Assembly: GCA_003281725.1 (NCBI GenBank)
Contig: QCBC01000005.1
Coordinates: 5,140-69,139 of the forward strand
DNA: 64,000 nt
Source: Pelagibacteraceae bacterium AG-345-O09
GTDB taxonomy: Bacteria; Pseudomonadota; Alphaproteobacteria; Pelagibacterales; Pelagibacteraceae
Reading direction: 5' to 3'
In this document: one piece after another, positions 10,932-20,290 of the stretch
Numbering within the stretch: position 1 is the first letter of the stretch
How the letters are laid out: each line of letters starts with the position of its first letter
Made by a program: the position numbers and the translations under genes
Notes under the pieces: generated by a model
The model's database searches: none
Seen by the model: only the letters and a program-made list of their open reading frames with translations
What the model was told of the DNA's origin: nothing

Positions 10932-11717
10932 TTAGGTAATATTCTTTGGGTCGGGCATCCCGACTTTGTTATATCCAGCGTCGACATAGTGAATTTCACC
11001 GGTAACACCATTTGCAAGATCACTCAGTAGATATAATGCTGAATTACCAACATCATGGATATCTACGTTTCTCTTGAGTAAAGAGTGGTCTTCGTTCCAT
11101 TTATATAAGAATTTAGCGTCTCCAATTGCAGAAGCTGCTAAAGTTTTAATTGGTCCAGCACTTATGGCATTAACTCTTATACCCTTTGCACCTAAATCTC
11201 TCGCTAAATATTTTACACTAGACTCTAACGCTGCCTTACAAACACCCATTACATTATAATTTGGGATTGCTTTATTTGCCTCATAACTTAGAGTAATCAA
11301 GCTTCCACCCTCTTCCATTACTTTAGATGCTTCTTTCGCAACCTCAGTAAATGAAAAGCATGAAATTAAAATACTTTTTAAAAAATTTTCTCTTGTGGTA
11401 TTTAAATATTCTCCAGATAATTCTGACTTATCTGAAAATGCAATCGCATGAACAATAAAATCAATCTTACCCCATTTAGATTTAATATCTTCAAATAATT
11501 TTGTTACATCTTCTTTTTTCTCAACATCACAGCTAAAAGTAACCTTAGAATTTAATTTTTCAGCTAAAGGAATAACTCTTTTTTTTAAAGCATCTCCTAA
11601 GTAGGTGAATGCAAGTTCTGCCCCAGCGTCTGCAAGTTTTTGTGAGATGCCCCAGGCAATAGATCTTTCATTAGCAACTCCCATGATTAATCCTTTTTTA
11701 CCTTTCATCAAAGTCAT
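10932..11717 (-). CDS. fabI: Enoyl-ACP reductase
   Basis: GVANERSIAWG, YNVMGVCKAALES, RVNAISAGPIKTLA. Confidence 0.97.
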   Translation of the reverse strand: MTLMKGKKGLIMGVANERSIAWGISQKLADAGAELAFTYLGDALKKRVIPLAEKLNSKVTFSCDVEKKEDVTKLFEDIKSKWGKIDFIVHAIAFSDKSELSGEYLNTTRENFLKSILISCFSFTEVAKEASKVMEEGGSLITLSYEANKAIPNYNVMGVCKAALESSVKYLARDLGAKGIRVNAISAGPIKTLAASAIGDAKFLYKWNEDHSLLKRNVDIHDVGNSALYLLSDLANGVTGEIHYVDAGYNKVGMPDPKNIT

Positions 11718-11719
11718 AA

Positions 11720-12931
11720 TTATACTTTCTCAAAAACTAAAGCAGCATTCGTTCCACCAAAACCAAAACTGTTAGACATTATACTATTTAAAGTGGCTCT
11801 TGTTTCTGTTTTTGTAACAATTGGAAATTTTTTTGCCTCTTCATCTATTTCATTAATATTCGCTGAACCAGCTATAAAATTATTTTTCATCATAATTAAG
11901 CAGTATATGGCTTCGTGGACTGATGCGGCCCCTAAAGGATGACCTGATAGAGATTTAGTTGAACTGATTTTAGGAATATTATCTCCAAAAGTATTTTTAA
12001 GAGCATTTAATTCAGTAATATCCCCAACAGGCGTAGATGTTCCATGAGTATTAATATAATCAATTTTATTTTTAGCAGTAGCCATTGCCATTTGCATACA
12101 TCTTACAGCCCCTTCCCCTGATGGTGCAACCATATCGTATCCATCTGAAGTTGCTCCATAACCGGTTAATTCTGCATATATTTTAGCTCCTCTAGCTTTA
12201 GCATGCTCATACTCTTCAAGCACCAGTACTCCTCCACCACCAGCTATTACAAATCCGTCTCTAGTTTTATCATAAGCCCTTGATGCTGTCTCTGGTGTAT
12301 TATTATATTTTGAGGATAACGCTGTCATAGCATCGAACATTGCTGTCATTGCCCAATGTATCTCTTCACTACCTCCTGCAAAAACAATATCTTGTTTACC
12401 CATTTGAATTAATTCCATAGAATTACCAATACAGTGTCCACTTGTTGCACAAGCAGAGCTCATAGTATAGTTGGTCCCTTTAATCTTAAACGGGACAGCA
12501 AGAGTTGCGGAAGCAGTGCTTGCCATAGTTCTTGGAACAATAAAAGGGCCCATTAATTTTGGAGTTTTAGCTCTGGTTTTATCAGATGCTAAAATAACAT
12601 TTTCAATCGACGGACCCCCAGAACCCATAACGATCCCTGTTTTAAAATTACTAACTTCGCTTTCTTCCAATCCAGAGTCTTTAATTGCTTCTTTCATTGC
12701 AATATAATTATAAGCCGAACCAGATCCCATAAATCTAATAGTTTTTCTATCTATATGGTCTTCAAGTTTTATTTTTGGTTTACCGTGAACATGGCTTTTA
12801 AGATTATGTTCTTTATATTCTTCACTAAATGATATCCCAGATTTAGAATTTAATAGAGATTGATGAACTTCTTCTTGATTATTACCTAAACAAGATACTA
12901 TTCCCATCCCTGTAATTACAACTCTTCTCAT
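11720..12931 (-). CDS. fabB: Beta-ketoacyl-ACP synthase I
   Basis: SSACATSGH catalytic Cys, [25 protein letters not shown]; follows fabA. Confidence 0.95.
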   Translation of the reverse strand: MRRVVITGMGIVSCLGNNQEEVHQSLLNSKSGISFSEEYKEHNLKSHVHGKPKIKLEDHIDRKTIRFMGSGSAYNYIAMKEAIKDSGLEESEVSNFKTGIVMGSGGPSIENVILASDKTRAKTPKLMGPFIVPRTMASTASATLAVPFKIKGTNYTMSSACATSGHCIGNSMELIQMGKQDIVFAGGSEEIHWAMTAMFDAMTALSSKYNNTPETASRAYDKTRDGFVIAGGGGVLVLEEYEHAKARGAKIYAELTGYGATSDGYDMVAPSGEGAVRCMQMAMATAKNKIDYINTHGTSTPVGDITELNALKNTFGDNIPKISSTKSLSGHPLGAASVHEAIYCLIMMKNNFIAGSANINEIDEEAKKFPIVTKTETRATLNSIMSNSFGFGGTNAALVFEKV

Positions 12932-13431
12932 TATTTAAATAAACCCACTTTTAAACTATCTGCTGAATATATCTTTTTATTATCTGCTAATACCACCCCA
13001 TTAGCAAGACCTACAGTTGTACCTCCTGGAGACATAATTTTTTTCATATCAATCTCATATCTGACATTTTTCACATTTTGTAAAACTTCACCGGTAAATT
13101 TTACAGCTCCAACTCCTAATGCCCTTCCTTTTCCTGGATTACCAATCCAACCTAAATAGAATCCTACTAATTGCCACATGGCATCTAGACCAAGACAACC
13201 AGGCATAACAGGATCTTCTTTAAAATGACAATCAAAAAACCAAAGGTTTTTTTTTATATCTAACTCAGCTTTTAAAGAACCTTTATTAAAAGCACCTTTG
13301 TCATCAGTAATTTCTGTAATTCTATCAAACATGAGCATAGGCGGAAGTGGTAATTTAGCATTACCTGGACCAAATAGTTTTCCTTCACCACAATTAATTA
13401 GCTCATCGTATGAGTAAGAGTTTTTTTTCAT
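12931..13431 (-). CDS. fabA: 3-hydroxydecanoyl-ACP dehydratase/isomerase
   Basis: [32 protein letters not shown]. Confidence 0.97.
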   Translation of the reverse strand: MKKNSYSYDELINCGEGKLFGPGNAKLPLPPMLMFDRITEITDDKGAFNKGSLKAELDIKKNLWFFDCHFKEDPVMPGCLGLDAMWQLVGFYLGWIGNPGKGRALGVGAVKFTGEVLQNVKNVRYEIDMKKIMSPGGTTVGLANGVVLADNKKIYSADSLKVGLFK

Positions 13432-13490
13432 AAAATTGAGTACCCTTATTTACTTGATTTTGTGATTATATAATATAATTATAATACTAG

Positions 13491-13507
13491 TTTAGAATAA
13501 TTATAAC
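13491..13507. promoter_or_regulatory. Putative Irr operator (ICE) upstream of irr
   Basis: TTTAGAA-TAA-TTATAAC versus ICE consensus TTTAGAA-N3-TTCTAAA (2 mismatches). Confidence 0.6.
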
Positions 13508-13525
13508 TAACAATATGGTTAAAAA

Positions 13526-13924
13526 GTGAAATATACTGAAAAACTAAGAAATTCTGGATTAAGACCAACCAAGCAAAGGCTTCAAATCTGTGAGGTTTTA
13601 TTTAATACTGACAAAACATTTCATTTTACAATAAATGAACTAGAGCAAAAAATTAAAAAACAAACAAATAACAAAATATCATTAGCTACTGTTTATAATA
13701 CAGTCCATGCTTTTGAAAAAAAAGGATATCTAAAACAAATCCCCATTAATTCTAGTGAAACATATTTTGATACAAACGTTACTGATCATCATCATTTTTA
13801 TGATTTAAAAGAGGAAAAGTTGATTGATTTGGAGAATTCAGATGTAGGACCAATAAATATTTTAAAAAAAATTAATGGAAAAAAAATAAAGTCAGTTGAA
13901 GTTCTAGTAAAGCTAGAGGACTGA
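13526..13924 (+). CDS. irr: Fur-family iron response regulator Irr
   Basis: GLRPTKQR, HFT, ISLATVYNT, YFDTN and HHH motif typical of Irr; divergent from fabA as in other alphaproteobacteria. Confidence 0.88.
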   Translation: MKYTEKLRNSGLRPTKQRLQICEVLFNTDKTFHFTINELEQKIKKQTNNKISLATVYNTVHAFEKKGYLKQIPINSSETYFDTNVTDHHHFYDLKEEKLIDLENSDVGPINILKKINGKKIKSVEVLVKLED

Positions 13925-13957
13925 TCTATTAATTAATTTAGCGTCATTTTAAACCAA

Positions 13958-13986
13958 TTGACACTTTTTTAGAATCATTATAAACT
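13958..13986 (+). promoter_or_regulatory. Sigma70 promoter of katG overlapped by an ICE operator
   Basis: TTGACA (13958-13963)-N17-TAAACT (13981-13986); TTTAGAA-TCA-TTATAAA at 13968-13984 (1 mismatch to ICE). Confidence 0.7.
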
Positions 13987-14022
13987 ACAAAAACTTTAAA
14001 AAATTTACATATGGGGAACTAA

Positions 14023-16260
14023 ATGAGTACTGAAAATTTTAAAAATAAATCTTTTAAAACTGATCAATTAAGTAAATGTCCTTTTACAGGAGCTGGGACA
14101 CCTGCAAAATTTTCTGCGGGAAGAGGTCAATCCGTAAGAGATTTTTGGCCAAATAGTCTTAATCTTAAAATACTTAGTCAACATTCTAATTTATCGAATC
14201 CGATGAATAAAAAATTTAATTACTCTAAAGAATTTAAAAAACTTAATTATAAGGCTCTCAAAAAAGATTTAACAAAATTAATGACAGACTCACAAGAGTG
14301 GTGGCCAGCTGATTATGGTCATTATGGACCTTTGTTTATCAGATTAGCTTGGCACGCAGCAGGCACATACAGAACCGGTGATGGTAGAGGTGGAGCTGGG
14401 ACAGGAAATCAACGATTTGCACCACTTAATTCTTGGCCAGATAACGTCAATTTGGATAAGGCAAGATTACTTCTTTGGCCAATTAAAAAAAAATATGGAA
14501 ATAAGATTTCTTGGGCAGATTTATTTATTCTAGTAGGTAATGTTGCATTAGACTCCATGGGATTTAAAACATTTGGTTTTGGTGCTGGAAGAACTGATAT
14601 TTGGGAACCAGAAGATGATATTTACTGGGGATCAGAAAAAGAAATGCTAGGCGTAGAAAGATATACTGATAAAAGAGATTTAGAACAACCACTTGGTGCT
14701 TCACATATGGGTTTGATATATGTTAATCCACAAGGTCCTGATGCTAATCCAGATCCAAAGCTTGCAGCACATGATATTAGAGAAACATTCGGTAGAATGG
14801 CAATGAATGATTATGAAACAGCAGCTCTAGTGGCTGGCGGACATACATTTGGAAAATCACACGGAGCAGCGCCTGAGTCACACAAGGGCCCTGACCCTGA
14901 AGCTTCAAGAATTCAAGATCAGTCAACTGGATGGAATAGTGGATATAAATCTGGAAAAGGTGTTGATACAATCAGTAGCGGTATAGAAGGTGCTTGGACA
15001 CAAAATCCAATTCAATGGGATATGGGTTATTTAGACTGTCTTTATGATCATGAATGGGAGCTTACAAAAAGTCCTGCTGGTGCTCATCAGTGGACACCAA
15101 AGAAAAATGGACAAAAGATAAAAATGGTTCCTGATGCACACGATAAAAATGTTCTTCACCCTCCGATGATGCAAACAACAGATATTTCTATGAAAGTTGA
15201 TCCAAGTTATGGGCCTATTACAAAACATTTTCATAAAAATCCAAAAGAATTTCATGATGCATTTGCTAGAGCGTGGTTTAAACTAACTCACAGAGATATG
15301 GGGCCAAGAGTTTGTTATCTTGGCAGTGATGTTCCAAAAGAACAATTAATTTGGCAAGATCCAATTGATAAACCAAAATATAGATTAAAATCAAAAGATA
15401 TTAGTGATTTAAAATCAAAAATATCAAAATCCAAACTATCAGTTTCTGATTTAGTTTCTACTGCTTGGGCTTCAGCTTCAACTTTTAGAGGTTCCGATAA
15501 AAGAGGGGGTGCTAATGGAGCAAGAATAATGTTAGAGCCACAAAAAAATTGGAAAGTTAATAATCCTTCTAATCTCTCAAAAGTTATCTTAGCGTTAAAG
15601 AAAATTAAGAAACAATTTGATAATAAAAAGAAAATAGTTTCAATGGCCGATTTAATCGTCTTAGCTGGAGGAGTGGGAGTCGAAATGGCTGCCAAAAAAG
15701 CTGGACATAAAGTAAAAGTTCCATTTTCTCCTGGTAGAGGAGATGCAAGACAAGATCAAACAGATGTGAATTCATTTGGATTATTAGAACCTCAAGCAGA
15801 TGGTTTTAGAAATTATCTAAATGGTGATAAATCAATTGTATCAGCTGAGGAAAAGCTAATTGATAAAGCACAACTAATGGGTCTTACTGCTCCAGAAATG
15901 ACAGTATTAATTGGTGGAATGCGAGTTTTAAATACCAATTTTGATGACTCAACGCATGGAGTTTTTACAAAAAAACCTGGCGTATTAACGAATGATTATT
16001 TCACAAATTTATTAGACATGAATACAACATGGAAAGAAACTGATAAATCTGAGCAAACATTTGTTGGAATAGACAGAAAGACGAAAAAAACTAAATGGAA
16101 AGGTACAAGAGTTGATCTTATCTTTGGATCAAATTCACAACTAAGAGCTTTAGCCGAAGTTTATGCATGTGCAGACTCACAAGATAAATTTGTAAGTGAT
16201 TTTATAACGGCATGGGTAAAAGTAATGAATGCTGATAGATTTGATTTAAGACTTAATTAA
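14023..16260 (+). CDS. katG: Catalase-peroxidase
   Basis: [12 protein letters not shown] distal motif, [21 protein letters not shown] proximal His, duplicated peroxidase domain. Confidence 0.98.
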   Translation: MSTENFKNKSFKTDQLSKCPFTGAGTPAKFSAGRGQSVRDFWPNSLNLKILSQHSNLSNPMNKKFNYSKEFKKLNYKALKKDLTKLMTDSQEWWPADYGHYGPLFIRLAWHAAGTYRTGDGRGGAGTGNQRFAPLNSWPDNVNLDKARLLLWPIKKKYGNKISWADLFILVGNVALDSMGFKTFGFGAGRTDIWEPEDDIYWGSEKEMLGVERYTDKRDLEQPLGASHMGLIYVNPQGPDANPDPKLAAHDIRETFGRMAMNDYETAALVAGGHTFGKSHGAAPESHKGPDPEASRIQDQSTGWNSGYKSGKGVDTISSGIEGAWTQNPIQWDMGYLDCLYDHEWELTKSPAGAHQWTPKKNGQKIKMVPDAHDKNVLHPPMMQTTDISMKVDPSYGPITKHFHKNPKEFHDAFARAWFKLTHRDMGPRVCYLGSDVPKEQLIWQDPIDKPKYRLKSKDISDLKSKISKSKLSVSDLVSTAWASASTFRGSDKRGGANGARIMLEPQKNWKVNNPSNLSKVILALKKIKKQFDNKKKIVSMADLIVLAGGVGVEMAAKKAGHKVKVPFSPGRGDARQDQTDVNSFGLLEPQADGFRNYLNGDKSIVSAEEKLIDKAQLMGLTAPEMTVLIGGMRVLNTNFDDSTHGVFTKKPGVLTNDYFTNLLDMNTTWKETDKSEQTFVGIDRKTKKTKWKGTRVDLIFGSNSQLRALAEVYACADSQDKFVSDFITAWVKVMNADRFDLRLN

Positions 16261-16280
16261 AATAGATTACTAAAAAAAAT

Positions 16281-16877
16281 ATGGAAAAAGCTATTTTTGA
16301 AGATTTTTATGAAGTACCGAATTTAAATTTTGATATTTCAAGACTAAGGTCAGATTTAGATAAAATACTGAAAAATAAAAAATTCAACTCACCAGGAGTT
16401 ACACATTTTGGTGCAATACCAATAAATCAAATTCCAAATGATGAAAATTCCATCAAAGGAAATAATATAAGGGGTAAATACTGGACAATCGCTGATGATA
16501 CTGGAAAAGAAGTTGCAAGGGATGTGGATATAGATGAATCCAAATATACACAATTAGTACCAGAATTTGAAAAAACTTATTTTAAGGACGTATTCGAAAT
16601 ATTAAGTAAAAAATATAAATTAGGAAGAGTTAGACTTTTGTTAAAAGAACCAAGATCAACTTTAAGTTGGCATAAAGATCCTGAGTGTAGGCTTCATGTA
16701 CCAATTATAACTAATAAAGGTTGTTCGATGGTAATTGAAAATGTTGCAAAACATCTTCCAGCTGATGGTAAAGTTTGGATAACAAATAATACCAAATATC
16801 ATAATTTTTTTAATGGTGGTGAACAGGCAAGAATACACTTAGTAGCATGTGTTCTGGAAAGTCCTTTCAAAAAGTAA
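16281..16877 (+). CDS. Aspartyl/asparaginyl beta-hydroxylase-domain (2OG-Fe(II) oxygenase) protein
   Basis: HKD...RLHVPIITN...HNFFNGG...RIHLV fits the HxD...H facial triad of the Asp_Arg_Hydrox family. Confidence 0.75.
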   Translation: MEKAIFEDFYEVPNLNFDISRLRSDLDKILKNKKFNSPGVTHFGAIPINQIPNDENSIKGNNIRGKYWTIADDTGKEVARDVDIDESKYTQLVPEFEKTYFKDVFEILSKKYKLGRVRLLLKEPRSTLSWHKDPECRLHVPIITNKGCSMVIENVAKHLPADGKVWITNNTKYHNFFNGGEQARIHLVACVLESPFKK

Positions 16878-17114
16878 ATGGAAGTAACAAGTGGCATATT
16901 TAAAGCAGCTGGAAATATCTACAGCAATAACAAAGGTTCTATCTTAAGAACTATTATTTATACAATTGGTCATTTTGCTATCGCTATCACAGTTTTAATG
17001 TTGGTTGCAGATGTGTCTTTTTCTGTGGCATTGACAGATGCAATTGTTGAACCAATCGCTAATTCAGTTTGGTACTTTGTTTTAGACAAGTGGTGGGCAA
17101 GTAAATCAAAGTAA
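16878..17114 (+). CDS. Small membrane protein, DUF2061-like
   Basis: RTIIYTIGH...IVEPIANSVWYFVLDKWW pattern with two hydrophobic helices; ATG abuts the upstream stop. Confidence 0.7.
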   Translation: MEVTSGIFKAAGNIYSNNKGSILRTIIYTIGHFAIAITVLMLVADVSFSVALTDAIVEPIANSVWYFVLDKWWASKSK

Positions 17115-17147
17115 TTAAGCCTTTAATCTTTTTTGTTAAATAAAATC

Positions 17148-17198
17148 TGAGATTAATAATTATTCTCAAAAAAAATACGCTAATAATAATTATTCTCA
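17148..17198. promoter_or_regulatory. Two tandem Fur-family-like boxes
   Basis: Identical 15-mer TAATAATTATTCTCA at 17154-17168 and 17184-17198 (30 bp period); resembles 7-1-7 TGA(T/G)AAT-N-ATT(A/C)TCA. Confidence 0.55.
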
Positions 17199-17243
17199 CA
17201 TATTTTTCTTGAATGAACTTTTTATCATATCTATTCTATAACT

Positions 17244-17423
17244 ATGCAAATCGAAAATTTTAATTGTAAAAAATGTGGTCTTACAATTTCTTCAACTTGT
17301 TCAAAATGTAATAAAGTTGTTGATATTGAGGTTCTTGATGATGGTTGTATTGTACAAAAAACTAAATGCAGTGATTGCGCAAATACTCCTGTAATTAAAG
17401 ATGTTTGTTCGCAGCAAAAATAA
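17244..17423 (+). CDS. 59-aa cysteine-rich putative metal-binding mini-protein (not in ORF track)
   Basis: MQIENFNCKKCGLTISSTCSKCNKVVDIEVLDDGCIVQKTKCSDCANTPVIKDVCSQQK; three CxxC plus two Cys; fills the gap before the convergent SH3 gene; TTGAAT-N17-TATTCT promoter just upstream. Confidence 0.8.
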   Translation: MQIENFNCKKCGLTISSTCSKCNKVVDIEVLDDGCIVQKTKCSDCANTPVIKDVCSQQK

Positions 17424-17445
17424 TAAATAAATATTTTGAAAAATA

Positions 17446-17904
17446 CTAATTAACCTTACCCCAAAGGTTTTTATTATCAATCCAGCCTTTAAAATTTTCT
17501 GTCTGAACTTTACACCAGCTAACATCACATTTTTTAACAACCAAAACTCTACCCTGTTTTATATTAGCTAATGGTCTAGAAAAATTAGATGGTTTTTTAA
17601 ATAAAATTTTATCCTTCAGTAGTATAACAGAATTTATTGGTTTTAATTGTGACCAGTGTATCCAACCACTATTATTTTTGGAGTCTATAATTCTCCTCCA
17701 ATTTTCTTTTTTATCTATTTGTTTAATTGGTAAATTTATTTTTTTATAAATGAATTTAATTGGTGACTCAAGGCTGGGACCATATCTAACATTAACTTTA
17801 TTTTTTTTGAGCGATAAAAAAATTTCCTCAGAATTTACAAATGAAAAAGAGGATAATAAAAAAAAAGTTACCAGAATTTTAATAAAAAATATTTTTTTAA
17901 ACAT
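17446..17904 (-). CDS. Exported bacterial SH3-domain protein
   Basis: Signal peptide, VNVRYGPS, WRRIID..GWIH, WCKV...GWI two-SH3 pattern. Confidence 0.85.
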   Translation of the reverse strand: MFKKIFFIKILVTFFLLSSFSFVNSEEIFLSLKKNKVNVRYGPSLESPIKFIYKKINLPIKQIDKKENWRRIIDSKNNSGWIHWSQLKPINSVILLKDKILFKKPSNFSRPLANIKQGRVLVVKKCDVSWCKVQTENFKGWIDNKNLWGKVN

Positions 17905-18643
17905 TCTTTAATTTGTTTAATTTGACTTTTCTAAAATTCAAATTTAGTAAATCTAAAATAAGTATATAGCCGTTTAAATTTTCACCAATATTTAAGATTT
18001 TTTTTAAAATTTCGTTAGCTTGAATAGTACCAATGATTCCTGCCACAGTTCCTAAAACTCCTTCATATTCACAGTTCAATATATCATCTGATATTTTTTT
18101 TTCTTGAAAAAAACTTCTTATGCAAGGGGTTTTGATATCTTTAAAATCAAAGGTAAAAATATGTCCATTAAATCTACTTATAGCTCCGGTCACTAAAAAT
18201 TTCTTAAATTTCTTGCAAGTATCATTTATTAAAAATTTAGTTTCAAAATTATCTGAGCCATCTACAATATAATTATATTCTTTTAAAATTTTTTTAAGAT
18301 TATTTTTATCTATTCTTATTTTATGACAAATAATATTTGTTTTTGAATTGATTTTTTTTAATTTTTTTTTAGCAACTAAAACTTTGGATTTTTTTATATC
18401 ACCTACGTTATAAAGGCTTTGACGATGAATATTTGATAAATCAACATTGTCGTAATCTATAATTCCCAAGGTCCCAACTCCAGCTCTTGTTAAAAATTCT
18501 GCAACAGGGCATCCTAAACCACCCATACCAATGATTAAGACTTTTGATTGAATTATTTTTTTTTGACCAGAGGCACCAATGTCTTTTAAGACTATTTGTC
18601 TCGAAAATCTCTCAACTTGATATTTATCTAATTTTGAACTCAT
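17897..18643 (-). CDS. moeB: MoeB/ThiF/HesA family adenylyltransferase
   Basis: RFSRQI, IIGMGGLGC, DNVDLSNIHRQ, VDGSDNF. Confidence 0.85.
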   Translation of the reverse strand: MSSKLDKYQVERFSRQIVLKDIGASGQKKIIQSKVLIIGMGGLGCPVAEFLTRAGVGTLGIIDYDNVDLSNIHRQSLYNVGDIKKSKVLVAKKKLKKINSKTNIICHKIRIDKNNLKKILKEYNYIVDGSDNFETKFLINDTCKKFKKFLVTGAISRFNGHIFTFDFKDIKTPCIRSFFQEKKISDDILNCEYEGVLGTVAGIIGTIQANEILKKILNIGENLNGYILILDLLNLNFRKVKLNKLKNV

Positions 18644-19077
18644 TTACCCGTTGAACCAAATCCACCCTCTCCTCTAATTGTTTTAGGTAGATCTTTGACT
18701 TCTTCTAATTCCATACTAATAATCGGAGATAATACCATCTGAGCTATACGATCACCATTATTTATGACAAAATCATTATTCCCATGATTATAGATGATAA
18801 CTTTAATTTCTCCTCGATAATCACTGTCTATAGTTCCTGGTGTGTTTAAAACAGTTATATTATTTTTTGATGCTAAACCCGATCTAGGTCTAATTTGAAT
18901 TTCATAATTTTCATGAAACGCAACTGATAATCCAGTTGGAACTAATGAGGATGTTTTTGGTTTAACAATTATAGGTTTTTCAGTAAACGCAGTAAGGTCC
19001 ATTCCAGAGGCTCCACTAGATTTATATTCTGGTAATTGAACTGTAGGATCTAACTTCTTTATTAATACTTTAACCAT
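18640..19077 (-). CDS. dut: dUTP pyrophosphatase
   Basis: ASGMDL, RPRSGLA, PGTIDSDYRGE, RGEGGFGSTG. Confidence 0.98.
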   Translation of the reverse strand: MVKVLIKKLDPTVQLPEYKSSGASGMDLTAFTEKPIIVKPKTSSLVPTGLSVAFHENYEIQIRPRSGLASKNNITVLNTPGTIDSDYRGEIKVIIYNHGNNDFVINNGDRIAQMVLSPIISMELEEVKDLPKTIRGEGGFGSTGK

Positions 19078-20282
19078 TAGTTAATTTGAACAACAATTCT
19101 ATCTACAATTTCTTCTGATATTTCTGATTTTTTTTTAAATGAAAGTTTTTCTTTTTTATTTAGGGTATTTTTATAATGTATAGTTACTTCGTTATAATCA
19201 GACTCAAAACCAATATTTTTCTTAGATACATCATTTGCTACTATCCAATCACAATTTTTATTTCTTAATTTTGATATTGCATTTTTATCCAAATCACTAG
19301 TCTCTGCTGCAAAACCTATAACTAGCTTAGGTCTCATAGAATTATGGTTAGAAACATAATTTAATATATCTATATTCTGTTCTAAGTTTATATTTAAATT
19401 TTCTTGTTTTTTTATTTTGTTTCGACTCTTATTATTTATTTTAAAATCAGCTACTGCAGCAGAAAAAACTGCTATATCTGTTGGTAAATTTTTTTGAGTG
19501 GCCTTAAACATTTCCTCAGCAGTCTCGACTTTAATTAATTTAATGTCTTCATCAATTTTTAAGCTTGTAGGTCCTGATATTAAAGTAGTATTAAATCCTC
19601 TTCTAGATAAAGATTTTGCTATTTCGTAACCTTGTTTTCCACTTGATTTATTTGTTATAAATCTAACTGGATCAATATATTCATTAGTTGGACCTGCTGT
19701 CACTAAAGCTTTAATTTTTTTATTTTTAAATTGAGAAGATAAAAAAATACTTATTTCATTAAATATATCGTATGGATCAGACATTTTCCCTTCCCCATAT
19801 TCTCCACATGCCATATCACCTGTTACAGGACCTATAAATTTATATCCAAAACTTTTCAGGGTTTTTAAATTATCTTTAGTTGAAGGATGTTCCCACATTC
19901 TTACGTTCATCGCTGGAGCTAAAAATACTTGTTTGTTAGATGCTAGAATTACAGTTGCAGCTAAATCATCAGAAGAACCTCGACTTAATTTTGAAATTGT
20001 ATTTGCAGTTGCTGGAGCAACAACTATTACATCAGCCCATCTTGATAAAGCAATATGGTCCATTTCTGTTTCATTTTCTATGTTAAATAGATCATCGTAA
20101 ACTTTACCTTGTGACAAAGATGCTATTGATAAAGGTGTTACGAATTCTTTTGCACTTTTAGTTAAGATAGTTTTTATTTTAGCATTATTTTTTTGAAATA
20201 ATCTAATCGTTTCAAGGCTTTTATAAGCAGAGACACCACCACAAATTATAAATAAAATTTTTTTTGTTGTTAAATCTTTCAT
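19077..20282 (-). CDS. coaBC: Phosphopantothenoylcysteine decarboxylase/synthase
   Basis: GGVSAYK, APATAN, PAMNVRMW, TAGPTNEYIDPVRFITNKSSGKQG. Confidence 0.97.
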   Translation of the reverse strand: MKDLTTKKILFIICGGVSAYKSLETIRLFQKNNAKIKTILTKSAKEFVTPLSIASLSQGKVYDDLFNIENETEMDHIALSRWADVIVVAPATANTISKLSRGSSDDLAATVILASNKQVFLAPAMNVRMWEHPSTKDNLKTLKSFGYKFIGPVTGDMACGEYGEGKMSDPYDIFNEISIFLSSQFKNKKIKALVTAGPTNEYIDPVRFITNKSSGKQGYEIAKSLSRRGFNTTLISGPTSLKIDEDIKLIKVETAEEMFKATQKNLPTDIAVFSAAVADFKINNKSRNKIKKQENLNINLEQNIDILNYVSNHNSMRPKLVIGFAAETSDLDKNAISKLRNKNCDWIVANDVSKKNIGFESDYNEVTIHYKNTLNKKEKLSFKKKSEISEEIVDRIVVQIN

Positions 20283-20290
20283 CGGCTGAA

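Noticed and set aside
17244-17423. Classical SmtA/BmtA metallothionein or rubredoxin
   Set aside because: Lacks the CxC/YCS/GH pattern of SmtA and the CxxCG..CPxCG aromatic core of rubredoxin; kept as an unknown Cys-rich protein
17301-17540. 79-aa minus-strand ORF from the track
   Set aside because: Overlaps the SH3 gene out of frame and is antisense to the more convincing Cys-rich ORF
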